A DNA stretch of 24,466 nucleotides, from positions 1 through 24,466 of the forward strand of contig JAWSUI010000056.1 in NCBI GenBank assembly GCA_033551855.1. Direction: 5' to 3'. The DNA comes from Deferrisomatales bacterium (lineage in GTDB: Bacteria; Desulfobacterota; Deferrisomatia; Deferrisomatales; JACRMM01). Below the pieces are notes generated by a model. That model did not search any database. It was not told where the DNA came from and was given only the letters and a program-made list of their open reading frames with translations. Positions 9,113 through 16,047 of the stretch are shown here, piece after piece (the first letter of the stretch is position 1; each line of letters starts with the position of its first letter). The translations under genes and the position numbers were made by a program.

Positions 9113-9159
9113 ACACAACCAGATGTGGGCCCCGCATGCCGAGACACTACATATTGTGC
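9113..9159. promoter_or_regulatory. Tandem NrdR-box-like operators upstream of smc
   Basis: ACACTACATATTGTGC (9144-9159) fits the consensus acaCwAtATaTwGtgt. A weaker ACACAACCAGATGTGG (9113-9128) starts 31 bp away. Confidence 0.65.
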
Positions 9160-9611
9160 CCTCCGCGAAAGAGCCGGAGCCACCTCTCGACCTCTTCGGG
9201 GGAGAGGGAAGCCTCGGAGGGTGGGGCTCTGCGCCTACCGGGGGCGGGTTTCAGGCGCGGGAGGAAGTGTTCGGCGCTCTCCACCCGAGCCCCCAGCCGG
9301 CGCGCCCTCTCGGCCAGCCCCCGATCCGACGTCACCACCGTCGCGTCCCCGGGGCGGCCCCGGGCGAGCCTTCTCAGGATCTCCTCGTCGGCCGTCCTTC
9401 CCCGGGGGGAGAAGACCACCCGGACGCCCCCGAAGGAGCTTTCCTTGGCCGCCCCGGGGCGGTTTCCGTCGAAGACCGCGACCACCCGCTGTCTTCCCCT
9501 GCCCTGCAGGGCGGCGAGCCTGCGGAGAAGCTGTTCCCGAGCCTCCTCCTCCGTCTCCAGGGAGAGGTCCGGGGCCCGCCCGATGAGGTTGTGACCATCC
9601 ACCAGCAGCAA
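9147..9611 (-). CDS. YacP-like NYN-domain (PIN-like) putative ribonuclease
   Basis: Motifs LLVDGHNLI, VAVFDG, TADEEI and VVTSDRGL; TTG start preceded by GGAGG. Confidence 0.85.
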   Translation of the reverse strand: MLLVDGHNLIGRAPDLSLETEEEAREQLLRRLAALQGRGRQRVVAVFDGNRPGAAKESSFGGVRVVFSPRGRTADEEILRRLARGRPGDATVVTSDRGLAERARRLGARVESAEHFLPRLKPAPGRRRAPPSEASLSPEEVERWLRLFRGGHNM

Positions 9612-9648
9612 CCGCGTCCTCCGGGCCGCCCGATCCCCGTCGCGCCGA

Positions 9649-10836
9649 CTATTTCCCCGCGACCCTTTGCAAGGCCCGGACGAAACCCGGGAGGCTTCGC
9701 TCGACCGTCTCGAACGAGCAGCAGTACGCCAGGCGAAAGTGCCCGGGCCCCCCGAAGCCGGTCCCGGGCACGGCCAGGATGTTCTCCTTCTGGAGCTCCT
9801 GCACGAAGGCCACGTCGTCCGGGATCGGGCTGCGGGGGAAGAGGTAGAAGGCGCCCTCCGGACGGAGACACCGGTAACCCGCCTCGGTCAGGGCCTCGTA
9901 GAGCCGATCCCGGTTCCTGCGGTAGAAGCCCACGTCCACTTTCACCCCCTGGAGCCGCGCCACGACCCGCTGCATCAGGGCCGGTGCGTTCACGAACCCC
10001 AGGATGCGATTGGTCAGGGCCAGCGCCCCGAGGAGCAAGTCGACCTCCGGCATGGCGGGGTTTACCGCGATGTACCCGATCCGCTCCCCGGGGAGGCTCA
10101 GATCCTTCGAGTACGAAGTGCACACCACCGAGTGGGGAAAGAGCGGAAAGACCCCGGGGACCTCCCATCCGTCGTAGACGATGTTGCGGTAGGGTTCGTC
10201 GGAGATCAGGTAGATGACCCGTCCGCTCTCCCGACTTTTCCGGGAGACGAGCTCGCTGAGCGCCTGCAGGCTCTCCCGCGAGTACACCTTCCCGGTGGGG
10301 TTGTTGGGAGAGTTCAGGAGCACCACGCGGGTGCGCGGGCTGAACGCTTCCTCGAGCGCCTCGAGCCGCAGATCGAACTCCTCCGAGGTCGGCACCGACT
10401 TCAGGACCCCTCGGTGGTTGTCGGCGTAATAGCCGTACTCCACGAAATAGGGCCGTGGGACCACGATCTCGTCACCCGGCTCGAGGATGGCCCGGAACAC
10501 CGCGTTGAGGGCGCCGCCGGCGCCCACGGTCATGAGCACGTGTTTCCCGGAGACCGCCACGCCCTGATCCTTCGCAACCTGCCCCGCCACGGCCTCCCGC
10601 ACCTCGGGGTAGCCGGCGTTCGGCATGTAGCCGTGGGCTCCGGGTCGGTCCTCGGCCACGAGCTCCCGCAACACCTTGCGGAAGGCCTCCGGAGGGTCCA
10701 GGTTCGGGTTCCCCAGGCTGAAATCGAAGACGTTTTCGGCACCGAACTCCCCCTTGAGGCGAGCTCCCTCCTCGAACATCTTCCGAATCCAGGATGAACC
10801 CTCCATCGCCTCCCGAATGCTTCGCGCGACAGGCAT
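9649..10836 (-). CDS. PLP-dependent class I/II aminotransferase (aspartate aminotransferase-like), 395 aa
   Basis: Motifs SWIRKMFEEG, DFSLGNP, NSPNNPTG, SDEPY and SYSKDLSLPGERIGY (PLP lysine); ATG at 10836 follows GAGGAGG. Confidence 0.92.
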   Translation of the reverse strand: MPVARSIREAMEGSSWIRKMFEEGARLKGEFGAENVFDFSLGNPNLDPPEAFRKVLRELVAEDRPGAHGYMPNAGYPEVREAVAGQVAKDQGVAVSGKHVLMTVGAGGALNAVFRAILEPGDEIVVPRPYFVEYGYYADNHRGVLKSVPTSEEFDLRLEALEEAFSPRTRVVLLNSPNNPTGKVYSRESLQALSELVSRKSRESGRVIYLISDEPYRNIVYDGWEVPGVFPLFPHSVVCTSYSKDLSLPGERIGYIAVNPAMPEVDLLLGALALTNRILGFVNAPALMQRVVARLQGVKVDVGFYRRNRDRLYEALTEAGYRCLRPEGAFYLFPRSPIPDDVAFVQELQKENILAVPGTGFGGPGHFRLAYCCSFETVERSLPGFVRALQRVAGK

Positions 10837-10873
10837 CGCGTGCCTCCTCTGCCATGTCCCCGTGGGGAATTGG

Positions 10874-10903
10874 ACTCTAGCAGACGCGGCCCCGGCCGTA
10901 CAA
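10874..10903 (-). promoter_or_regulatory. Putative sigma70 promoter of the aminotransferase
   Basis: Minus strand TTGTAC-18 bp-TAGAGT, overlapped by the inverted repeat GCAGACG...CGTCTGC (10880-10910). Confidence 0.4.
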
Positions 10904-11176
10904 CGTCTGCCTGGCCCCGGGGGCGGCGGGGCTGCAGACCGAGTCCTCCACGGGCCCCCGGAATCCACCGTCAGACTTTCGGGCGGGCGCGGGGAGCCGT
11001 GGAGCGCAGCCCCGCACCGCATCCACCGACCCGATGAGGCCGGCGCACGCAGGGGAATCCCGGCCCACCGGTGCCTGCTCGGACACCCCTTCGCACGGCC
11101 ACGGCTTGCGGGGCTCGGCGCCGGGGTCCTCCGGCCCTGCCGGGAGCCGGGTGGCGAATCCCGCGCCCGGGCACGG

Positions 11177-11205
11177 TTGACTTTGGTGTCCGCCGAGAAT
11201 AGCCT
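11177..11205 (+). promoter_or_regulatory. Putative sigma70 promoter of slyD
   Basis: TTGACT-17 bp-TAGCCT. Confidence 0.6.
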
Positions 11206-11281
11206 ATCGACCCGTACGCGCCCTGGGATCGCCCCCCGCACAGCGCGGGGGGCGGCCGGGGCATTTTCTTGAGGAGCGACA

Positions 11282-11788
11282 ATGAAAGTGGAGAACCGCC
11301 GTTACGTTACCATCGAGTACTCCCTCTCCCTGGATTCCGGAGAGGTGGTGGATCGGTCCGCAGCGGGCGAACCCCTCGGGTTCATCTGCGGCACGGGGCA
11401 GGTCATCGCCGGCCTGGAGAAAGGTTTGGTCGGCTTGGAGGCCGGAGAGGCAGCCAAGGTGGTGGTCGAGCCGCGAGACGGCTACGGCGAGCCGAACCCT
11501 GCCCTGATGCGGGAGATCCCCAGGGAGAATTTTCCGCAGGACCTCGACCTCCACGCCGGGATGGGCTTCGAGGCGAAGGGGCCCCACGGGCCCGTGACCT
11601 TTCGGGTGCGCGAAGTGAGGCAGAACGAGGTTCTCGCCGACTTCAACCACCCGCTGGCAGGCGAGCGGCTCCACTTCGACGTGAAGATCGCGGACGTTCG
11701 AGAACCCCGAGCGGAAGAGCTGGCCGAGCTGCTGCGGGGCGGGTGCGACGAGACGGCGTGCGGAAGCTGCGGCGGGAGCTGCGGCTAA
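11282..11788 (+). CDS. slyD: SlyD-type FKBP peptidyl-prolyl isomerase with a Cys-rich tail
   Basis: Motifs GQVIAGLEKGL, DGYGE and DFNHPLAGERLHFDV; tail GGCDETACGSCGGSCG; RBS GAGGAG. Confidence 0.93.
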   Translation: MKVENRRYVTIEYSLSLDSGEVVDRSAAGEPLGFICGTGQVIAGLEKGLVGLEAGEAAKVVVEPRDGYGEPNPALMREIPRENFPQDLDLHAGMGFEAKGPHGPVTFRVREVRQNEVLADFNHPLAGERLHFDVKIADVREPRAEELAELLRGGCDETACGSCGGSCG

Positions 11789-11872
11789 AAGCCCCCGACG
11801 GCCGGGAAAGGGTGCCCGCGGGCCTCCTCGGGGGCGGGGCGAACCCACCCGGCCTTTTCCCCGGTGAGCCAC

Positions 11873-11909
11873 AAAAAAAGCCCCGATCCCAGGAGGAGAG
11901 GACCGGGGC
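11873..11909 (-). terminator. Rho-independent terminator on the minus strand
   Basis: Stem GCCCCGGTCC/GGATCGGGGC (10 bp, one G-U) followed by T7. Confidence 0.8.
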
Positions 11910-11929
11910 AAACCCTAGTGTTTGTTCTC
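11873..11929 (-). ncRNA. Candidate ~57-nt small RNA with an anti-SD loop
   Basis: Lies between a near-consensus promoter and a terminator, has no ATG or GTG, and its loop reads CUCCUCCU. The 5' end is estimated from the -10 position. Confidence 0.65.
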
Positions 11930-11936
11930 GGAAAAT

Positions 11937-11965
11937 ATCCTAGGCATCATATCGGACTTTGTCAA
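11937..11965 (-). promoter_or_regulatory. Near-consensus sigma70 promoter for the candidate sRNA
   Basis: Minus strand TTGACA-17 bp-TAGGAT in an AT-rich patch. Confidence 0.75.
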
Positions 11966-12116
11966 TCCGCTGACTAGGCAATCTTTCCCGGCCGCCCTGC
12001 CGCTGCGGCACACGTCGACCCGGCACAAACCCCGCCGAGCACCGACCGGGTGCAGCCCTCCCTCCCGGCGGCCTGGGCGACCGGCCCACGCGAGCTGCTG
12101 GTATCCGCACCTTCCG

Positions 12117-12325
12117 GGTTCTTCCGGTAAACGACCGGGTGGGCCCGCCCACTCCGGCAGACGAGGCCGGGCTGCACGGTAGGTGTTCTCCCCCGCCGCG
12201 TCCGGAATCCTCGCGGCATCGCGACTCCCGAAGCGGCTGCTCACGTCGAGCGGCCGTCCGCCTACGTGGTCGGGCCCACCCGATCGTCCCTGGACACCAG
12301 TACCCGGTCATTTCCCGGATGAATT
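12117..12325. mobile_element. 209-bp non-autonomous element (MITE)
   Basis: Imperfect 24-bp TIRs: GGTTCTTCCGGTAAACGACCGGGT versus AATTCATCCGGGAAATGACCGGGT (19/24). Flanked by the direct repeat ACCTTCCG (12109-12116 and 12326-12333). Second copy at 1-99. Confidence 0.85.
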
Positions 12326-12369
12326 ACCTTCCGGGGCACGGCCGGGATGTTCCCGAAGCTCCTTCGGCC

Positions 12370-12398
12370 TTGAGCGTTCCCCGGGGTCGTGGCATGCT
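12370..12398 (+). promoter_or_regulatory. Possible promoter of the Gate-Gate-hydrolase operon
   Basis: TTGAGC-17 bp-CATGCT with a TG extension. Confidence 0.35.
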
Positions 12399-12421
12399 TC
12401 AGCCCCCTCCCGGGAGGAACC

Positions 12422-12856
12422 GTGGACGCCACCCCGCCTCTGCTCACCTCGGTGCACGTCGGCCTCCGGCACGGGCTGTCCTCGGTTCTCATTCTGTCCC
12501 GGGTCATGATCCCCGTGTACGTGGCGGTCGATCTGCTGCGCGACACCCCCGCCCTGGGGGCCGTCGCCGGCGCCCTTCAGCCCGCCATGTCGGTCTTCGG
12601 CCTCCCGGGCGAGGCCGCCATGGTCCTCGTGGCGGGGTTCTTCATCAATCTGTACGCAGCAATCGGCGCCCTCGTCCCCTTGGGACTCGGCCCACGAGAG
12701 GTCACGATCCTGGGGCTGATGCTGGGCCTCGCCCACGGCCTCATCCTGGAGACCGCGATCATCCGCCAGGTCGGTACCCGCTGGCTCTCCCTGGCCCTCG
12801 CCCGCCTCCTGCTCAGCGTCGTCGCAGGGGCCGCGGTCCACCGGGTGCTGCCGTGA
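12422..12856 (+). CDS. Nucleoside-recognition (Gate) domain membrane protein, 144 aa
   Basis: GTG follows GGAGG; motifs LQPAMSVFGLPGEAA, INLYAAIG and AHGLILET; multiple TM segments. Confidence 0.75.
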   Translation: MDATPPLLTSVHVGLRHGLSSVLILSRVMIPVYVAVDLLRDTPALGAVAGALQPAMSVFGLPGEAAMVLVAGFFINLYAAIGALVPLGLGPREVTILGLMLGLAHGLILETAIIRQVGTRWLSLALARLLLSVVAGAAVHRVLP

Positions 12857-13341
12857 TCCTCCTGGAGTCCCTGGGCAGTGCCTTGCTCACCGTGGGCAAG
12901 ATCGCCCTCATCATCCTGCCTCTCACCGTGGGCTACCAACTCCTCCGGGACAACCGCTGGCTCTCCCGCCGGGTCGCCCCCTACGGCCGCTCCTTCCGAA
13001 GGCTGGGCCTGGGCGACGGAGCCCTGGTGCCCCTGGTGGCCGGGCTGATCCTCGGCATCGTCTACGGCGCCGGCATCCTGATCCAGGAGGCCCGCTCCGG
13101 CCGCATGAGCCCGCGGGAGGTCTTCCTCCTGGCGCTCTTCCTGTGCACCTGCCATGCGGTGATCGAAGATACCCTGCTGTTCGTCGTGGTGGGGGGGGAT
13201 GCCCTGTGGATCCTCGGCCCACGGCTCGTCCTGGCCGTCGGCGTCACCGCCCTGCTCGCCCGGTTCCTCCCCCGGGAACGCGAAACCGCCCCGGACACGG
13301 CCCACGGGCGTCCCGATCGGTCTCCTGGAGGTGCCGAGTGA
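12853..13341 (+). CDS. Nucleoside-recognition (Gate) domain membrane protein, 162 aa
   Basis: GTGA overlap with the upstream gene; motifs GLILGIVYGAGILIQEA and LCTCHAVIEDTLLF. Confidence 0.78.
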   Translation: MILLESLGSALLTVGKIALIILPLTVGYQLLRDNRWLSRRVAPYGRSFRRLGLGDGALVPLVAGLILGIVYGAGILIQEARSGRMSPREVFLLALFLCTCHAVIEDTLLFVVVGGDALWILGPRLVLAVGVTALLARFLPRERETAPDTAHGRPDRSPGGAE

Positions 13342-14111
13342 GGGGAACTGCCCGGCGGAGGGTGAGCTTCCCCAACGGGCGCGGCCAGCTCCTGGCCGGT
13401 CGCCTCGATCTGCCGGAGGAGGGGGCTCCCTGGGCACACGCCGTCCTGGCGCACTGCTTCACGTGCACGAAGGACCTCAAGGCCCTCTACCACATGGGGG
13501 GGGCCCTGGCCGGGGCCGGAGTCGGCGCCCTCCGGGTGGATTTTGCGGGACTCGGGGAGAGTGAGGGGGATTTCGCCGAGACCGGGCTCGCCGCGAACGC
13601 GGAGGACGTGGTGAGCGCCGGGCGCTACCTCGAGGACGAGGGCCGGGCGCCGTCCCTGCTGGTGGGGCACTCCCTCGGCGGGGCCGCCGCCCTGCTCGCA
13701 GCCCGCCGCCTGCCGTCCGTGCGGGCGGTCGCCGTGATCGCCACCTCCGCAGACGCCGGCCGCCTGCGGGAGTCCATCATCGATTCCCGGGCGTCCGCGG
13801 GGCGGGGGAACCGCATCCCGGTAAAGGTGGGACCGCGACACTTCGAGCTGGATCCCACGTTCTTCGAGGAGATGGAGCGGACAGACGTGGCCGGGGCCGC
13901 CCGAGACCTGGGCTTGCCCCTCCTGGTCATCCACTCCGCGGACGACCGGCTCGTCCCCGTGGCCGACGGGGAAGCGCTCTTCCAGAGCGCGGGACACCCC
14001 AAGGGTTTCGTCTCCCTGACCGGAGTGGACCACCTCCTCTCCGAGGCCGCCGATGCGACCCGGGTGGGCGGCCTCATCGCGGCCTGGGCCCGGCTCCACG
14101 TGCCCGACTGA
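13338..14111 (+). CDS. Alpha/beta hydrolase resembling the N-terminal domain of hydrolase-OsmC fusions, without the OsmC domain
   Basis: GTGA overlap with GGAGG upstream; AHCFTCTKD, DFAGLGESEG, nucleophile elbow GHSLGG, HSADD, DHLL. Confidence 0.85.
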   Translation: MRGTARRRVSFPNGRGQLLAGRLDLPEEGAPWAHAVLAHCFTCTKDLKALYHMGGALAGAGVGALRVDFAGLGESEGDFAETGLAANAEDVVSAGRYLEDEGRAPSLLVGHSLGGAAALLAARRLPSVRAVAVIATSADAGRLRESIIDSRASAGRGNRIPVKVGPRHFELDPTFFEEMERTDVAGAARDLGLPLLVIHSADDRLVPVADGEALFQSAGHPKGFVSLTGVDHLLSEAADATRVGGLIAAWARLHVPD

Positions 14112-14395
14112 GAGGCGGTTTCCGGCCCGACAGCCGACACCCCTTCGGGCCTCGACCCCGCCCGCGGGGGACGGGGGTCTCCCCGGAGGCGGCGCAGGCG
14201 GACTTGGCGACGCCCTTCGGCACGTGCACGGCTCTTCCCCCCCCGCACGGGTTCCCCACGGAGAGGAAAGGGTCCCCGGGATCCTGCGCCGATGGAGGGG
14301 AGGCCCCCGGCCCGACCTACCCCGGCTCGACTGGGTTGCCCATGACCTTCGGGTCACCCCAAGGGATGAAACGCCGACCGGTCGCGGGCCGGTCG

Positions 14396-14431
14396 CCCTC
14401 ACCCCAGGCCCCTCTCCCGGGGGGAGAGGGG
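14396..14431 (+). repeat. REP-like palindrome of the CCCTCACCCC...CCTCTCCC-loop-GGGAGAGG type
   Basis: Perfect 10-bp stem CCCCTCTCCC/GGGAGAGGGG preceded by CCCTCACCCC, between convergent genes. Confidence 0.6.
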
Positions 14432-14469
14432 ATTCAAGGAAGGTGCGTTTCTTTATAGGCGGAGCCCGG

Positions 14470-15753
14470 CTACAGCGCCTCCACCAGCATCGCCATCCCC
14501 TGCCCGCCGCCAATGCACAGGCTGGCGAGCCCCAACCGGCCCTGGCGCCTGCGGAGCTCGTTCACTAGGGCCAGGACGATCCGCGCACCCGTTGCACCGA
14601 TGGGGTGCCCGATGGAGATGCCGCTCCCGAGCACGTTGGTCCTGTCCATGTCGAGGCCGAGCTCCCGCATACACACCAGGGCCTGGCACGCAAAGGCCTC
14701 GTTGAGCTCCACGAGGTCGATGTCGCCCAAGCTCACCCCGGCCTTCTGCAGGACCTTGTTGACGGCCGGCACCGGCCCCGCGCCCATGTAAGCCGGGTCC
14801 AACCCTCCGGAGGCGTGGGCCACGACCCGGGCCAACGGGGCAAGCCCGAGCTCTCGAGCCGTGTCGGCTGCCATGAGCAGCAAGGCGGCCGCGGCGTCGT
14901 TGATGCCCGAGGCGTTGCCCGCGGTGACCGTCCCGTCCTTGCGGAAGGCCGGCTTGAGCTGCCCCATCTTCTCGAGGCTCGTGTCCATGGGCCGCTCGTC
15001 CAACTCCACCAGCTGCGGGGGGCCCTTCCGCTGGGGGATCGGCACCTGGACGATCTCCTCGGCGCACCGCCCGTCGGCCATGGCCGCGCGGGCGCGCTGG
15101 TGGCTCAGCACGCCCAGGGCGTCCTGGTCCTCTCTGCCGATGCCGTACAGGCTCGCCAGGTTCTCCGCGGTGATTCCCATGTGGTAGCCGTAGAAGATCT
15201 CCCACAGGCCGTCGTGGACCATCAGGTCGATCATCTCCGTCGCGTTCATCCGTGCGCCCCAGCGGGCAGAGGGCACGGCGTAGGGGATGCGGCTCATGTT
15301 CTCCATCCCGCCGGCCACGACCACGTTGGCGTCACCCGACCCGATGGCCTGGGCCGCCAGGGCGATGGCCTTCATCCCGGACGCGCAGACCTTGTTCACC
15401 GTGAAGGCGGTGGTCTCCTTCGAGACACCCGCCCGCATCATGGCCTGCCGGGCGACGTTCTGCCCCTGGCCGGCCCCGACCACGTTGCCCATGATGACTT
15501 CGTCCACCTGCACCGCCGGGAAGGACGGGTCGTAGTCGTGGGCTGCCTTCTCCAGATCGATCATGCCGCGCCCTGCCAACGCCTTCGGCTCGGCCGCCAG
15601 AAGGGCCTCCCCGGCTGCGGGCCGGAGCCGGGCCTTCTGGAGGGCCCCCTTGATCGCCACCGCACCCAGGTCCACCACGGGCACGTCTTTGAAGCTTCCC
15701 CCGAAATTCCCAACCGCCGTTCTCGCACCGGAAACGATCACCACTTCGCGCAT
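14470..15753 (-). CDS. Acetyl-CoA C-acetyltransferase (thiolase), 427 aa
   Basis: Motifs [36 protein letters not shown] and [12 protein letters not shown] at 15753 follows GAGAGGA. Confidence 0.95.
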   Translation of the reverse strand: MREVVIVSGARTAVGNFGGSFKDVPVVDLGAVAIKGALQKARLRPAAGEALLAAEPKALAGRGMIDLEKAAHDYDPSFPAVQVDEVIMGNVVGAGQGQNVARQAMMRAGVSKETTAFTVNKVCASGMKAIALAAQAIGSGDANVVVAGGMENMSRIPYAVPSARWGARMNATEMIDLMVHDGLWEIFYGYHMGITAENLASLYGIGREDQDALGVLSHQRARAAMADGRCAEEIVQVPIPQRKGPPQLVELDERPMDTSLEKMGQLKPAFRKDGTVTAGNASGINDAAAALLLMAADTARELGLAPLARVVAHASGGLDPAYMGAGPVPAVNKVLQKAGVSLGDIDLVELNEAFACQALVCMRELGLDMDRTNVLGSGISIGHPIGATGARIVLALVNELRRRQGRLGLASLCIGGGQGMAMLVEAL

Positions 15754-15794
15754 GGAATTCCTCTCCCTCAAGTGTTCACGGGATACATATCCCC

Positions 15795-15823
15795 CTTATA
15801 GACGAGATTGCGCTGCGCTGCAA
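15795..15823 (-). promoter_or_regulatory. Putative thiolase promoter
   Basis: Minus strand TTGCAG-17 bp-TATAAG. Confidence 0.45.
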
Positions 15824-15982
15824 CACGGCTCGTGTGGCATTCCGCCCCACGCGCCCTTCGGCCCCGGCGCCCGCATGCGCCCCTTCGGGACCCAGCGCTT
15901 CCGCCGATGCGCCCGAACGCCTACCCTAGCCGATGTGCAGAGCTTCCGGGTTTTCTGTGGGCGCGAGGAACCATCGTGTTCT

Positions 15983-16047
15983 CGCGCGGAGGTGCAGAGG
16001 CGCCGGGAGCGACAAAGAATTCCTCCGCGCCACCGCGCCTCAGCGCG
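15983..16047. repeat. Imperfect palindromic repeat built from GCGCAGAG/CTCTGCGC-like units
   Basis: Arms CGCGCGGAGGTGCAGAGGCGCCGGGAG and CTCCGCGCCACCGCGCCTCAGCGCG around an A-rich loop. Confidence 0.6.

Noticed and set aside
6601..9594. 997-aa plus-strand ORF and other long overlapping ORFs (for example 17113-19515, 667-2415, 19349-21124)
   Set aside because: These are antisense or off-frame shadows of real genes in high-GC DNA, with no recognisable motifs.
10877..11086. 69-aa Cys-containing minus-strand ORF as a possible RiPP precursor
   Set aside because: No properly spaced RBS, no intact maturation enzyme nearby, and it overlaps the predicted promoter.
10837..11241. Long N-terminal extensions in the ORF track for the aminotransferase, smc, leuD, the second Gate protein and the radical SAM fragment
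   Set aside because: For the intact genes, family motifs, RBSs or stop/start overlaps place the true starts downstream. The radical SAM extension runs through thiolase, promoter and repeat DNA.
11740..11788. His-free, Cys-rich SlyD tail
   Set aside because: Variable metal-binding tails are normal for SlyD.
11910..11925. AACACTAGGG (minus strand) resembling the start of a TPP riboswitch
   Set aside because: The CTGAGA and downstream TPP core are absent and no gene follows.
12102..12115. GGAAGGTGCGGATA (minus strand) resembling an IS5 terminal repeat
   Set aside because: No partner end or transposase was found, and part of it is explained as the MITE target duplication.
15510..15625. Roughly 35-aa insertion near the thiolase N-terminus
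   Set aside because: It is in frame, the catalytic residues are intact, and there are no intein or mobile-element hallmarks; likely a lineage-specific loop.
15851..15930. Degenerate GCGCCCTTCGG direct repeats
   Set aside because: Only two or three poor copies with no consistent spacers; not a CRISPR array and plausible by chance.
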